This document shows, one piece after another, positions 37,763-47,428 of a DNA stretch of 64,000 bases; position 1 is the first letter of the stretch, and each line of letters starts with the position of its first letter. A program made the translations under genes and the position numbers. The stretch covers positions 59,983-123,982 of the forward strand of contig JABLTJ010000006.1 of assembly GCA_013166775.1 (NCBI GenBank), written 5' to 3'. This stretch comes from Promethearchaeati archaeon. GTDB taxonomy: Archaea > Asgardarchaeota > Heimdallarchaeia > Heimdallarchaeales > Heimdallarchaeaceae. The notes under the pieces were generated by a model, which was not told the DNA's origin, did not search any database, and saw nothing but the letters and a program-made list of their open reading frames with translations.

Positions 37763-38668
37763 TTATTCATACATTTTGTGAATATATTCTTTTTCTATTC
37801 CAACTTTTACATCTGGAATATTTTTGCTGAAACCATGTTCTGTAAAGTAGCCTTTTATGAGATTTGCAGGAATGACTTCAAAGTAAGGATTGAATAATTT
37901 GACATTTTCAGGCTTTTCTTTGGACCAAATTTGGGAGGAGTTATAGCTTTGAATGGAGAAGGGTACAGCTTTAAGAAGCAGTTTAAGAGTTGAACTAACA
38001 ACATAAAAAGGCACATTGTACTGATAAGCAAAATTAGCTAACGAATGACTCCCTATCTTATTAGCAATATTTCCATTCGGGAAAATTGTATCTGCACCTA
38101 CTAATACCATATCTGGTTTAAAAGTTTTCAATGCAATTCCTACAGCTGCATCTACTAGATAATTAACAACATATCCAGCTTCTGTAGCTTCAAGAGCAAA
38201 CTTCTTTCCCTCTAAAGCTGGTCTAGCTTCGAAAAGGGTAAGTTCTGGAAGATATTGTTTGTTAGTAATTTCACTTAGCTGAACAAGACTTTTTACAATC
38301 GTGCTCGAACGGGAGAATGTCATGATTGATTTGCTTTTCTTTAGATGTGGAAGAAGTTTCTCGATGATACATTCCTGTTGCATATCCAGTTTTTCCAAAA
38401 TTCTATCTGAAATATCTTCTAAAGCTACTCCTTGATGATAAAAATCGATAAAGTATATTAGAACATTTTTGAGTACTGCCATCTCTTTCTTGATTTTCAT
38501 TACTTTTGAAAGCATTTCAGATAAATCACCTATATTTTTGTACTTCCCTGGTTCACTTTCAATTTCAATATCAACAATCTTCATTGCTTTTCTGACGATC
38601 TCCTCAGATCCACTAATGTTATCTGCCTTTAACTTAGTAATTTCCTCTTCAAATCTGTCTGAATACAC
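37763..38668 (-). CDS. eIF-2B alpha/beta/delta family protein (aIF-2B / sugar-phosphate isomerase-like)
   Basis: SGS, EARPALEG, VDAA, VGADTI, NKIGSH, NPYFEVIP, FTEHG. Confidence 0.88.
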   Translation of the reverse strand: MYSDRFEEEITKLKADNISGSEEIVRKAMKIVDIEIESEPGKYKNIGDLSEMLSKVMKIKKEMAVLKNVLIYFIDFYHQGVALEDISDRILEKLDMQQECIIEKLLPHLKKSKSIMTFSRSSTIVKSLVQLSEITNKQYLPELTLFEARPALEGKKFALEATEAGYVVNYLVDAAVGIALKTFKPDMVLVGADTIFPNGNIANKIGSHSLANFAYQYNVPFYVVSSTLKLLLKAVPFSIQSYNSSQIWSKEKPENVKLFNPYFEVIPANLIKGYFTEHGFSKNIPDVKVGIEKEYIHKMYE

Positions 38669-38744
38669 AAAAGCTAGGATTGGAAAATCATATAAAAAGT
38701 TGTTTCTTATGTTTTTTTATGACTGAAAATCTTTGATTTTCTCT

Positions 38745-39530
38745 CTATTTCTTTTTAGATTTCTTTATTCCCTTATCTAGTTTTGTTAATATCTTTTCAA
38801 ATCCAAAAAAATCTAATTCGTCTCCTATAATGTCTGCAACAGGATAATCAAAATCATGTGTTAGATGAATGGAATCATAAGGTAGGATTCTCTCTCTAAT
38901 ATTGTTGAAGAAGGATTTTGTATATTTGACATCTTCAATATCTACTAACAAATCCTTCTCTAGTCGGATGAATAAAACTGGTATATTCCTGTTCTCTTCC
39001 TTTACTTCATGAACATCCCTTCCAATCTTTTTCAAACAATCCCAGTACTCCTTTTTCATATTTCCAGCACCGCTTACAATCAACCTCCAGATTCCATCAA
39101 AAGAAGCTTGAAAAGCTTTGTGAAAATTGAATTTATTGATTAACAAACTGATTGGAAATCCTAAAGCAAGAAGACAACCGTTGAGGTATATTAAAGGTAC
39201 GGGCAAGCGAAATAAGTATTCAAAAAACCAATGAGATTCTTGGATTCTTGAACCTCCAATAAAAATAGCTCCCTTACATCTTTTTATAGGTTCCTGATTC
39301 ATTAATTCAATAATTGTTGATGCTCCCATACTGTGACCTACAAAAATAAAGTCCCTGTCTTTAGGTAGGATTTCTCTTAATTCGTCAATGTGTTCTTGAA
39401 CTGAAAACCGATCTTTTGTTGTAGTCCAAATGACATTGTCAGCACCGAATTTTTCTTCATATGCTGGGTATTCTCTGTCATAGTTACTATAACCTGCTGC
39501 AACAATAATGAACGGTTTGTTCTTATCCAT
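38745..39530 (-). CDS. Alpha/beta hydrolase with hydrophobic cap
   Basis: GHSMG nucleophile elbow, KDLLVD acid, IHLTH His. Confidence 0.8.
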   Translation of the reverse strand: MDKNKPFIIVAAGYSNYDREYPAYEEKFGADNVIWTTTKDRFSVQEHIDELREILPKDRDFIFVGHSMGASTIIELMNQEPIKRCKGAIFIGGSRIQESHWFFEYLFRLPVPLIYLNGCLLALGFPISLLINKFNFHKAFQASFDGIWRLIVSGAGNMKKEYWDCLKKIGRDVHEVKEENRNIPVLFIRLEKDLLVDIEDVKYTKSFFNNIRERILPYDSIHLTHDFDYPVADIIGDELDFFGFEKILTKLDKGIKKSKKK

Positions 39531-39601
39531 TTTGCAAGAGAAAAGGATACTTGCTCTTAAATGTTATTCTTTGAATAGAAAATATATTTAAAAGCACTTC
39601 T

Positions 39602-40339
39602 TTAGAAACCAAAGAAATCAGTTTGTGACATAAAAATCTCAATAAATTCAGAATCCAATGCATGTGTTAGATGAATAATATCATCAGGTAAAATGATTTC
39701 TTTTGCTTTCTTAAAGAAGGTTTTAGTAAATTCTACATCTTCTTCATCAACCATCAGATCCTCTTTTAGTCTGATAAAAAGAGTTGGAATATTGTTGTTT
39801 TCTTTCAAAATCCCTGTAATATTTCTACCCACTTTTCTTATACATTGATTATATTCTTTTTTCATTTCTCTAGCCTTGTTTACAACAAGACTTTTCATAG
39901 ATCCTTCATAACAAGTAAGACGAGCTTTCTCAAAATTGAAGCCAGAAAACAACAAAACAAAAGGATAAGTCAATAAGATAATTGAAGCAAAGAAATAGAT
40001 GAACGGAACAGGGAGGGAAAAAGTGAAGGTAAGAAACCAATGAGAAGGTTGATATCTAGAACCTCCGATTAAAGTAATCCCTTTGCAGTTTTCCAATTTT
40101 TCTCTATTGAGTAGTTCAATTATTAATGAAACTCCCATACTATAACCTACAAGCATATAAGGTCGTTCTTTTGGAATTATAGATTTAATCTCATCTAAAT
40201 GCTCATCAACTGTATATCGTTTTGCGTTGGTTGTATGAGCATAATTTTCTTTACCAAACCTTTCCTCATATGCTGGATATTTCTTTGTATAATTACTATA
40301 ACCTGCTACTAAAACAACGAAAGGTTGGTCTTCTCCCAT
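39602..40339 (-). CDS. Alpha/beta hydrolase, tandem paralogue of 38745-39530
   Basis: GYSMG, EDLMVD, IHLTH, and shared AGYSNY, YPAYEE and GGSR. ATG 40339 aligns with the paralogue start (the ORF track extends to 40384). Confidence 0.8.
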   Translation of the reverse strand: MGEDQPFVVLVAGYSNYTKKYPAYEERFGKENYAHTTNAKRYTVDEHLDEIKSIIPKERPYMLVGYSMGVSLIIELLNREKLENCKGITLIGGSRYQPSHWFLTFTFSLPVPFIYFFASIILLTYPFVLLFSGFNFEKARLTCYEGSMKSLVVNKAREMKKEYNQCIRKVGRNITGILKENNNIPTLFIRLKEDLMVDEEDVEFTKTFFKKAKEIILPDDIIHLTHALDSEFIEIFMSQTDFFGF

Positions 40340-40431
40340 ACACCAAAAGAAAGACAACTTACTCTTAAATATTTTTGCTTTCATCTCTTCGTAAGGTAAA
40401 ACCTAAATACCCTAGAGCTATCTTCTGTTAG

Positions 40432-41340
40432 ATGAGTAAGTTATTGTTTTCACTTTCAATTTTGTCTGGATTAGCATCTTTCTCTTTGTATAATTTTGGT
40501 TTTGCATTAGAGAAGAAAGCGATCCAGAAATTACCTGCTGAAAAGAAAGAAAAAACAATAATTCTACTAAAAACTATCTTAAGAAACCCACTCTGGTTGC
40601 TAGGATTATTTCTCACAATCATAAGCGTCGGTTTCTACTTTGTTGCACTCCTATGGGCTCCTTTTAGTGCAATCGCTCCTCTCTCTGGCTTTGGGTTAAT
40701 CGTTTTAGTTATCTTCGCTCATATTGATCTTAAAGAATCTTTGAAGAAGATGGAAATTCTCAGTTTTTCTCTTATACTGATAGGGATAATTGTATCATCA
40801 TATTTGACAAGTTTGGAAAGTGTGACCTTTACTTGGAATGAATGGTTAGGATATGCTCATTCTCTAGGAGGTTCACTTCTCATAGGACTGTCAGTTTTAT
40901 TATCTGTAGTTCTGATAATCATTCCTTTTGCAAGAAAAACAAAAATGAAAGCTTATAATATAGCAATATTTGCAGGGATTATTGCCGGTGTTCAAACGAT
41001 ATTAATCAAAGGAATAACAGTCTGGTTTTCAGCTCAAAATTGGAATATCAATCTAGCAATAGTGATAATCTACATACTCTCAATGCTTGCCACAGCTTTA
41101 ATATCAACTGGTTCTCTTCAATTTACATTTAAAGAAGGGAAAGTTTCAATAATAATGTCCATTTACAACGGAATTACAACTTTATTTCCAATATTTTTTG
41201 GTGGATTTTTATTAAAAGAATGGGAAAATATGATAACGGTGAATAAGGTATTTCTTGGATTAGCTATACTCGTTACTCTAATTGGAATAGTTATGTTAAG
41301 TTTGAAACATACACCTTCATTTATGAAAGAAGACGATTAG
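40432..41340 (+). CDS. DMT superfamily transporter, NIPA (Mg2+ transporter)-like
   Basis: GFALEKKA, RNPLWLLG, APFSAIAPL, LKE motifs and about nine TMs. Confidence 0.75.
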   Translation: MSKLLFSLSILSGLASFSLYNFGFALEKKAIQKLPAEKKEKTIILLKTILRNPLWLLGLFLTIISVGFYFVALLWAPFSAIAPLSGFGLIVLVIFAHIDLKESLKKMEILSFSLILIGIIVSSYLTSLESVTFTWNEWLGYAHSLGGSLLIGLSVLLSVVLIIIPFARKTKMKAYNIAIFAGIIAGVQTILIKGITVWFSAQNWNINLAIVIIYILSMLATALISTGSLQFTFKEGKVSIIMSIYNGITTLFPIFFGGFLLKEWENMITVNKVFLGLAILVTLIGIVMLSLKHTPSFMKEDD

Positions 41341-42667
41341 TAGCTTCTTCTACCTCATTGATACTTTGATCAACATCTAATCTGAGAATTTCATTTTCTT
41401 TAACCACGACTTTTCCATCAACCACAACATTTTCTACATCGTTTCCATTCATAGCATAAGCAAAATGGTTCAGTATAGAATCGTCTAAGTTCTTTGGAGT
41501 TAAATGAGGTTTTTTTAGATTGATAGTTATGATATCTGCCAGAGATCCTGGTTCAAGGGTTCCAATTCCTCTCCAGTTTAAAGCTCTAGCTCCTCCTATT
41601 GTAGCTAATTGGAAAACTTCTTGTGCCTTAATTAAGGTGGGATTATGAAGGAAACCTTTGTAGTATAAAGCTAGGAAACGAATTGTATCAAAGAGGTCTA
41701 AAGTATTGTTGCTTGCCGGACCATCAGTGCCTAATCCAACTGAGGAAATATCAGTTATGATTTTAGGAACAGGAGGCATAAAGTTTCCAAGTTTTGCATT
41801 TGATAATGGATTCAAGGATACTCTCACTTTATTTTTCTCTAAAATCTTGATGTCATTTTCATTCACATGAATACAGTGAGCTGCAAGAAGATACTCACTT
41901 AAGATACCAGTAGATTCTAGTAATTCTGTCGGTGTCGAAACTTCAGGAAATTCTATACCATGTTCTTTGTGAAGTTTTTGACTTTGCTCTATTTCATTCT
42001 CTGACTCAGCCAAATGTGTATGAAGCAAGATTTTCGGTTTATCAACTTGAGATTCATTATACTCCTTAAGATAATCATTAGCTCCTTGAAAATCGGGAAT
42101 GGTTACAGTATAAGGTGAGTGAAGAGAAAGACTCACTCTAAGTCTGTCTTGAATTGTATTATGATGTTTTTCAATTACTTCTATAGCTTCAGGAAGTTCT
42201 GCAATCCCGGTAATAACTGGTGCACCTATCATCCCTCTTAATCCAGTTTCTTCAAAAGCTTGAGCTTCTGAGGACGGATACCAGTACATCGAATTTAGAG
42301 TTGTTACACCTGCTAACAAAGATTCAATAGCACCAAGTTTAGCACCAACATATACGTCATTAGCTTGAAGCTTGTCTTCCAGAGGCCAGATATGTTTTCG
42401 AAGCCAAATATCAAGAGGAAGATCATCAGCTAATCCACGAAAAAGTGTCATAGCTAAGTGAGTGTGACAATTGATTAAACCTGGAATAATGAGTTGGTTT
42501 TCATCTCCAATTATATCATGGTTGCTTATTTCCTTTTTTAGCTTGGAAAAAGAGTCAATATCAAGTATCGAATTACCTTCAACTAATACTAAAGGATCTT
42601 TTATGATATGAAGCTTCAGATTTGAATCAAAATATATAGCAAGTCTTCCTCTTATAGCTAGGTTCAT
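41321..42667 (-). CDS. mtaD: Amidohydrolase, 5'-methylthioadenosine/S-adenosylhomocysteine deaminase-like
   Basis: PGLINCHTHLAMTLFRG, WLxxxIWPLE, HTHLAES, AAHC, LGTDGPASNN. Confidence 0.8.
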   Translation of the reverse strand: MNLAIRGRLAIYFDSNLKLHIIKDPLVLVEGNSILDIDSFSKLKKEISNHDIIGDENQLIIPGLINCHTHLAMTLFRGLADDLPLDIWLRKHIWPLEDKLQANDVYVGAKLGAIESLLAGVTTLNSMYWYPSSEAQAFEETGLRGMIGAPVITGIAELPEAIEVIEKHHNTIQDRLRVSLSLHSPYTVTIPDFQGANDYLKEYNESQVDKPKILLHTHLAESENEIEQSQKLHKEHGIEFPEVSTPTELLESTGILSEYLLAAHCIHVNENDIKILEKNKVRVSLNPLSNAKLGNFMPPVPKIITDISSVGLGTDGPASNNTLDLFDTIRFLALYYKGFLHNPTLIKAQEVFQLATIGGARALNWRGIGTLEPGSLADIITINLKKPHLTPKNLDDSILNHFAYAMNGNDVENVVVDGKVVVKENEILRLDVDQSINEVEEATNRLLS

Positions 42668-42742
42668 AAGTAGTTTGAGAAATAAGAATATTTTAGTTTA
42701 TTCCTTAAAACTGATTGGAAAAAAGAAAGAAGAAAACAGCTG

Positions 42743-44404
42743 CTATTTTTGTTTCCTTCTAATAAATATAATTATAATATATGTTATACTAGCAAGGAAA
42801 ATGAACAGTGGAAAATCAGTCTCATCAACTTGTTTTTTCATAGGAAACTTGTCAACAGAATACGCCGATCCATTGATATTATAGTTACCCTCTTCGTCCC
42901 AATCTGACCAATAATTGCCTTTTTCTTCCACAGCATTATACCACATGTTATTAATCCCATCATCTCTTGCCTGACTAATTATACCAAGTGCTATTTTGCA
43001 GTTATCGATAAAATCGTTAAAGTAGATTTCATTGGAGTCACATTCTGAATCTAATATTATAGCATATGTTGTGCTTCCCTCTAAACGATTATTTTTAATT
43101 ATAGTTCCGTTCGTGTTGTATAATTTGATTCCATTGTAATTGTTTGATAAGTCATTATTTTCTATCATTACTCCACCGGAATCATAGATATCAATCCCTG
43201 ACGTACTATCATTAATGGTGTTATTTTGTATGTAGATTGCTCCACTAGTTATATTCTTGATCTCTATCGAAGTTGTAAATCCAAGAAATTCACAATCTCG
43301 AAGATAGATATGTTTTGTAGTACCACTTATATGAATTCCTACAACATGAAGTGAAGAATTGAAAATTCTATTTTCAATAATGTAAGGATCTGAAACTGAT
43401 CCAGTTCCTGGGAACCCATAATCTATTAAATCTTGATCAGAATAGATCAGTACAATTTGATTTTGATCAAGGGAATTTTCTACAAAATAATTTACAATAT
43501 TGTTTACAAACTTCTGACCATAATGAATTCCACCATTGTAGTATCCTGTCTCAGTCAATTGCTCATACATTTCTTTATAGTCAGCAAAAATTGTTTCTCC
43601 TGCTACTATTACGTGACTGTCATTGCCACTTGTTGTAGACATTTCTTCATATACTACAGCTGGATAGTTTCCGTTTATACCATGCATAGAATCATTATGT
43701 GCATAAAGATCAGTGTCAATATTACTTACATCAGTATCATCAGAAGTAGCATTTTCGCTATAACTTAATAGAATTTCAACATTAGGTAACGAACTAGTTC
43801 TCAAATCAATATAATCTGCACCAATATATCCTAGAACTGCACATGGACCATGCATAATGATTCCTGCATCACATCCATCTTTAAGGATTGATGCTGTTGG
43901 TGACATTCCATAATCTATAGCTGCCACCCTATAGCTAGCTCCGTCATTGGATACAGAATCTAAGACCGATGTTGAATCTATGCGAATGTGAGTACCAAGG
44001 TGATCTAATAAACCATTTGCAGAGAGAGGGTCATAATACCCTCCATAATCACTATCTCCACTAATAAAAAGTAGTTTGTCTCCTAGATCTAACCACTCTT
44101 TGATTAGCTGCTTCTCATCCGAAGTAAAATTGTTTTCCGGTTGTGAAATAAATGGTGCATCTGCAGCAGCATTTAAATCAAAATCATCTATGCAGATTTG
44201 GGCAGTATTACCTGCAGAAGTTAGATTTCCAATAAATCTATCGAATACATTATGATAAGATATATGAGAAATATCAAAAACGAAATGTGCTCCTGAGACT
44301 TCTATACTTGTATAATAAGCTTCTACACTTTGATGATTATTGTGTGTTAATATTGGATAAAATACACTATAAACTAATAAGAATAAAATGACTCTCCCTT
44401 TCAT
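42743..44404 (-). CDS. Exported protein: alpha/beta domain plus NosD-like parallel beta-helix, C-terminal TM anchor
   Basis: Signal peptide from ATG 44404 (the ORF track starts at 44500), FPGTGSVSDPYIIEN, GNYWSDW, tail ETDFP+TM+RRKQK. Confidence 0.75.
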   Translation of the reverse strand: MKGRVILFLLVYSVFYPILTHNNHQSVEAYYTSIEVSGAHFVFDISHISYHNVFDRFIGNLTSAGNTAQICIDDFDLNAAADAPFISQPENNFTSDEKQLIKEWLDLGDKLLFISGDSDYGGYYDPLSANGLLDHLGTHIRIDSTSVLDSVSNDGASYRVAAIDYGMSPTASILKDGCDAGIIMHGPCAVLGYIGADYIDLRTSSLPNVEILLSYSENATSDDTDVSNIDTDLYAHNDSMHGINGNYPAVVYEEMSTTSGNDSHVIVAGETIFADYKEMYEQLTETGYYNGGIHYGQKFVNNIVNYFVENSLDQNQIVLIYSDQDLIDYGFPGTGSVSDPYIIENRIFNSSLHVVGIHISGTTKHIYLRDCEFLGFTTSIEIKNITSGAIYIQNNTINDSTSGIDIYDSGGVMIENNDLSNNYNGIKLYNTNGTIIKNNRLEGSTTYAIILDSECDSNEIYFNDFIDNCKIALGIISQARDDGINNMWYNAVEEKGNYWSDWDEEGNYNINGSAYSVDKFPMKKQVDETDFPLFIFLASITYIIIIFIRRKQK

Positions 44405-44512
44405 CTTCTTAATATATGTAGAAACTATAATAAGTTTTGTTGTGAAAAATAGAAAAAGAGTTATTTTCGTATTCTTCAAATGAAAAAACTGATATTGCAA
44501 TAAATAATCCCT

Positions 44513-45577
44513 TCATTGATTTAAATAAACCGGTCTATAAGGAAATATAGGAATTGTTTTGTTGCATTTTGGACATCTATTATCTGGTGTCAAATCTGTG
44601 AAAGTGACAGAGAAACTATCCCTTTTAATGAGCAATTCAGAACATTCAGGACAATAAGTGCTCTGGAAAGGGTGTCCTGGGATGTTGCCTAGATAAACAT
44701 AATTCAAGCCTTCTTTTTTAGCAAGAGTATGTGCTTTTTGTATGATCGAAATTGGTGTTTTTTCTATTTTATACAAGTGAGCTGGGAAATAACGTGTAAA
44801 GTGAACTGGTGTGTTTACTGAAAGATTCTTTATCACTTTTTGAGAGAAATCTATGATGAATTCCTCATCATCATTTACTGTAGGAATTAATAAGTAAACT
44901 AGTTCAATATGCACTCCTCTTTGAAAAGCAACTTGAAGATTCTCCCAAACTTTCGCTAATTTCATATCGAGTAAACAGTCTACAACATTTTCTGTTCCTT
45001 TGAAACTAACAGTCATACCATTCATACCTGCAGTTATTAGCAAATCTAGAGCTTCAGTTGTCATGTAACCATTTGTTACAAAATGTTTGTAGTAATCATC
45101 TGAAAGCTGCTTAAATACATCTATTGAGAACTCTAGAGAAAGAGTGGGTTCATTAAAAGAGAAACAGACTCCGTTTATAGAAGAATTAAAAGAAGTATTC
45201 TCGAGAACTTTTTCAACAGTAATCAAACTGGAATCCTTAAAATTTTCTGGAGGAGATCTTTTTGTTATATGAAAATTCTGACACCACTCACAAGTGAAAT
45301 TGCACCCCCAAGAACCAAGTGTCATAGCAGTAGATCCTGGAAAATAATGATATACTGGCTTTTTTTCTATTGGATTCAAACTATAACTTGAAACATCACC
45401 ATATTGAAGTGTATACAATTTCCCTCCAATGTTTTTTCGAGTATTGCAAAATCCTACATCATTTTCTTTGATTATACAAAGTCTGTTACAGGTTTGACAT
45501 TGCACTGAATCTTCTCTCAACTTCCTGTAAAGCAAGGATTCTTTGATTCTAGGATCTTTGTTTTTCAATGTCTTCAA
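44513..45577 (-). CDS. amrS: AmmeMemoRadiSam system radical SAM enzyme
   Basis: N-terminal CQTCNRLC...GFC, NPIEKKPVYH, CNFTCEWCQN, HFTRYFP, YVYLGN, and C-terminal CPEC/CPKC. Confidence 0.9.
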   Translation of the reverse strand: MKTLKNKDPRIKESLLYRKLREDSVQCQTCNRLCIIKENDVGFCNTRKNIGGKLYTLQYGDVSSYSLNPIEKKPVYHYFPGSTAMTLGSWGCNFTCEWCQNFHITKRSPPENFKDSSLITVEKVLENTSFNSSINGVCFSFNEPTLSLEFSIDVFKQLSDDYYKHFVTNGYMTTEALDLLITAGMNGMTVSFKGTENVVDCLLDMKLAKVWENLQVAFQRGVHIELVYLLIPTVNDDEEFIIDFSQKVIKNLSVNTPVHFTRYFPAHLYKIEKTPISIIQKAHTLAKKEGLNYVYLGNIPGHPFQSTYCPECSELLIKRDSFSVTFTDLTPDNRCPKCNKTIPIFPYRPVYLNQ

Positions 45578-45693
45578 TAAGTAATTTATTGTATTTTTTA
45601 AATATCTTTTGTAAATTATTGGAATTCGATAATAATATCTGACTCTTGAGTAAGCTCTTTCTAGAACAAAGAATAAAAAATAAAAAGGCGATT

Positions 45694-47163
45694 TTATAGC
45701 CCTAGAATGGCTCTAAGTATAGGTAAAAACAAACCTAAAGATGCAAGAATTTTAGGACCCCAAGTCTGAAGATAAAATCTAAAGTCTCTAACTACTTTTA
45801 AGTTGAAGATTTGAGTAGCTATAACTTCATTTTCTGATGCAAAATCCAATGCTACAAGATTTGAGCCTATATTTTCAGAATGTGCTGAAATCCAAATCGC
45901 TGTTCCTTGATACAAAATTCCAGTAACTAGTCTAACTAGTTTTCTTTTTTCTTCAGTCAAGAATTTGGATGTATCTTTAGGTATCGAAACAAAAGAATCA
46001 TACGATCTGACAGGAAAATCAATATCCAAATCATGTGGTGATAAATCATCAGCTCCCTTATAATTCATACTTATGATCTGATCCTTCTTATCTCTCTCTC
46101 TTCTATTCAAAATAAAGAATACTAAATCTTGAGACTCTTCTTTCTTCTGAGTGGGTGGGACTGCTGAGCTTATCCAAAAATCCTTAGCGTCAATTACTTC
46201 AGGTGTTTCTCTGAGAGTCAAGATTATTCTATCTATTATCAAGAATATTTCTGGACTTTGTTTCATAAAATGGGAAAAGATATTTTTCCATACTTTCAGA
46301 TTGAGATTCTTTCCTTTAAGAATCTCATCGACTGTTTCAGAAGAAACGATTCTCAATAATTCATCTTTCAAGTATTTTTTATCTATAAGATTAGGAAGTC
46401 TAAAATGAAGATATAATAGCACAAGAACATTTTGGACAGCTAAAGGTTGTCTCTCTTTTGATGATTTAAGTTTAGGAGCAAAATCTGCAGTAATATCATT
46501 AGCGATTATTTCACTCCATTGAAGGAAGTAAACTCTAGTAAGAGGATCGAGAAGCGTTTGTATAGAATCATACACTAAGGATTTGAGAATAACTGGGTGT
46601 CTTGAAGCATTGTAGTATCTAACAAGATTTCCAACCTCTAGACCTGTTAGAGTAGGTACTCGAATAATAATAGTTGCTGCTAATGAGAAAATGATCATAC
46701 TTGCAGAGAGATATAACGCCAGAGTCTGTGTACCCAAAACACTTACTCCAATAACATTTGCAAAATTACTTGCACCATAGATTAGAAAAGTGAATAATCC
46801 AAATGCAATTGCTGCAAAAAGCAAAATGAAAAGTAGATATAGATTACTTGCTTTGTATTTTTTCTCTAAGTTTCTAAAACCAGCTGCGGATGTGATAGGT
46901 GTTCCTCTTTTGAAGAGTCTTCTCACTTCTCTATCAAAGGATATCGAGACAAAAACTCCATTCAATGAAAGTACTAAACTATTAAGAAGGAAAGCATACC
47001 ATAGAATAAACAACCATTCAGTTGGCTGCAAAACAAGAATATCAGATAATTCAAAAGCATAATAAGCTAAACCTGCAACAAGAGCTGCTGGGAGAAGAAA
47101 CATGAAAATTCTTCCAATAAACCTCGAGTAAGAATTCACTCCTCTAGAAAGAATAGATACCAT
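45694..47163 (-). CDS. Hypothetical membrane protein (four N-terminal TMs, soluble domain, hydrophobic C-terminus)
   Basis: Hydrophobicity pattern only. Confidence 0.7.
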   Translation of the reverse strand: MVSILSRGVNSYSRFIGRIFMFLLPAALVAGLAYYAFELSDILVLQPTEWLFILWYAFLLNSLVLSLNGVFVSISFDREVRRLFKRGTPITSAAGFRNLEKKYKASNLYLLFILLFAAIAFGLFTFLIYGASNFANVIGVSVLGTQTLALYLSASMIIFSLAATIIIRVPTLTGLEVGNLVRYYNASRHPVILKSLVYDSIQTLLDPLTRVYFLQWSEIIANDITADFAPKLKSSKERQPLAVQNVLVLLYLHFRLPNLIDKKYLKDELLRIVSSETVDEILKGKNLNLKVWKNIFSHFMKQSPEIFLIIDRIILTLRETPEVIDAKDFWISSAVPPTQKKEESQDLVFFILNRRERDKKDQIISMNYKGADDLSPHDLDIDFPVRSYDSFVSIPKDTSKFLTEEKRKLVRLVTGILYQGTAIWISAHSENIGSNLVALDFASENEVIATQIFNLKVVRDFRFYLQTWGPKILASLGLFLPILRAILGL

Positions 47164-47428
47164 ATACAGAAATTCTTAACAAGTTTATTAAATAGTTTGT
47201 GCAGAAAAGTTTATGCAATTCTCCTTTCATTTATTCCCGAAAAAATAAAATAGTTATAGATAAAACTAAAGATTAGTTATTTCGTTATGAGTTATGCTTT
47301 AATGAGGATTTTGGAATATGTTCCATATAGATATGATAAGGGAATTAAAATCCTAATTCTTGAAAAATAATTTCTCCAGAAAATATTAGAAAATTCAAAC
47401 TAGATATGATGGGTAAAAGAGTTATTGA

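Noticed and set aside
47300-47356. Inverted repeat AGGATTTT...AAAATCCT and a 27-codon ORF in the spacer
   Set aside because: AT-rich and short, with no supporting context. Compatible with chance.
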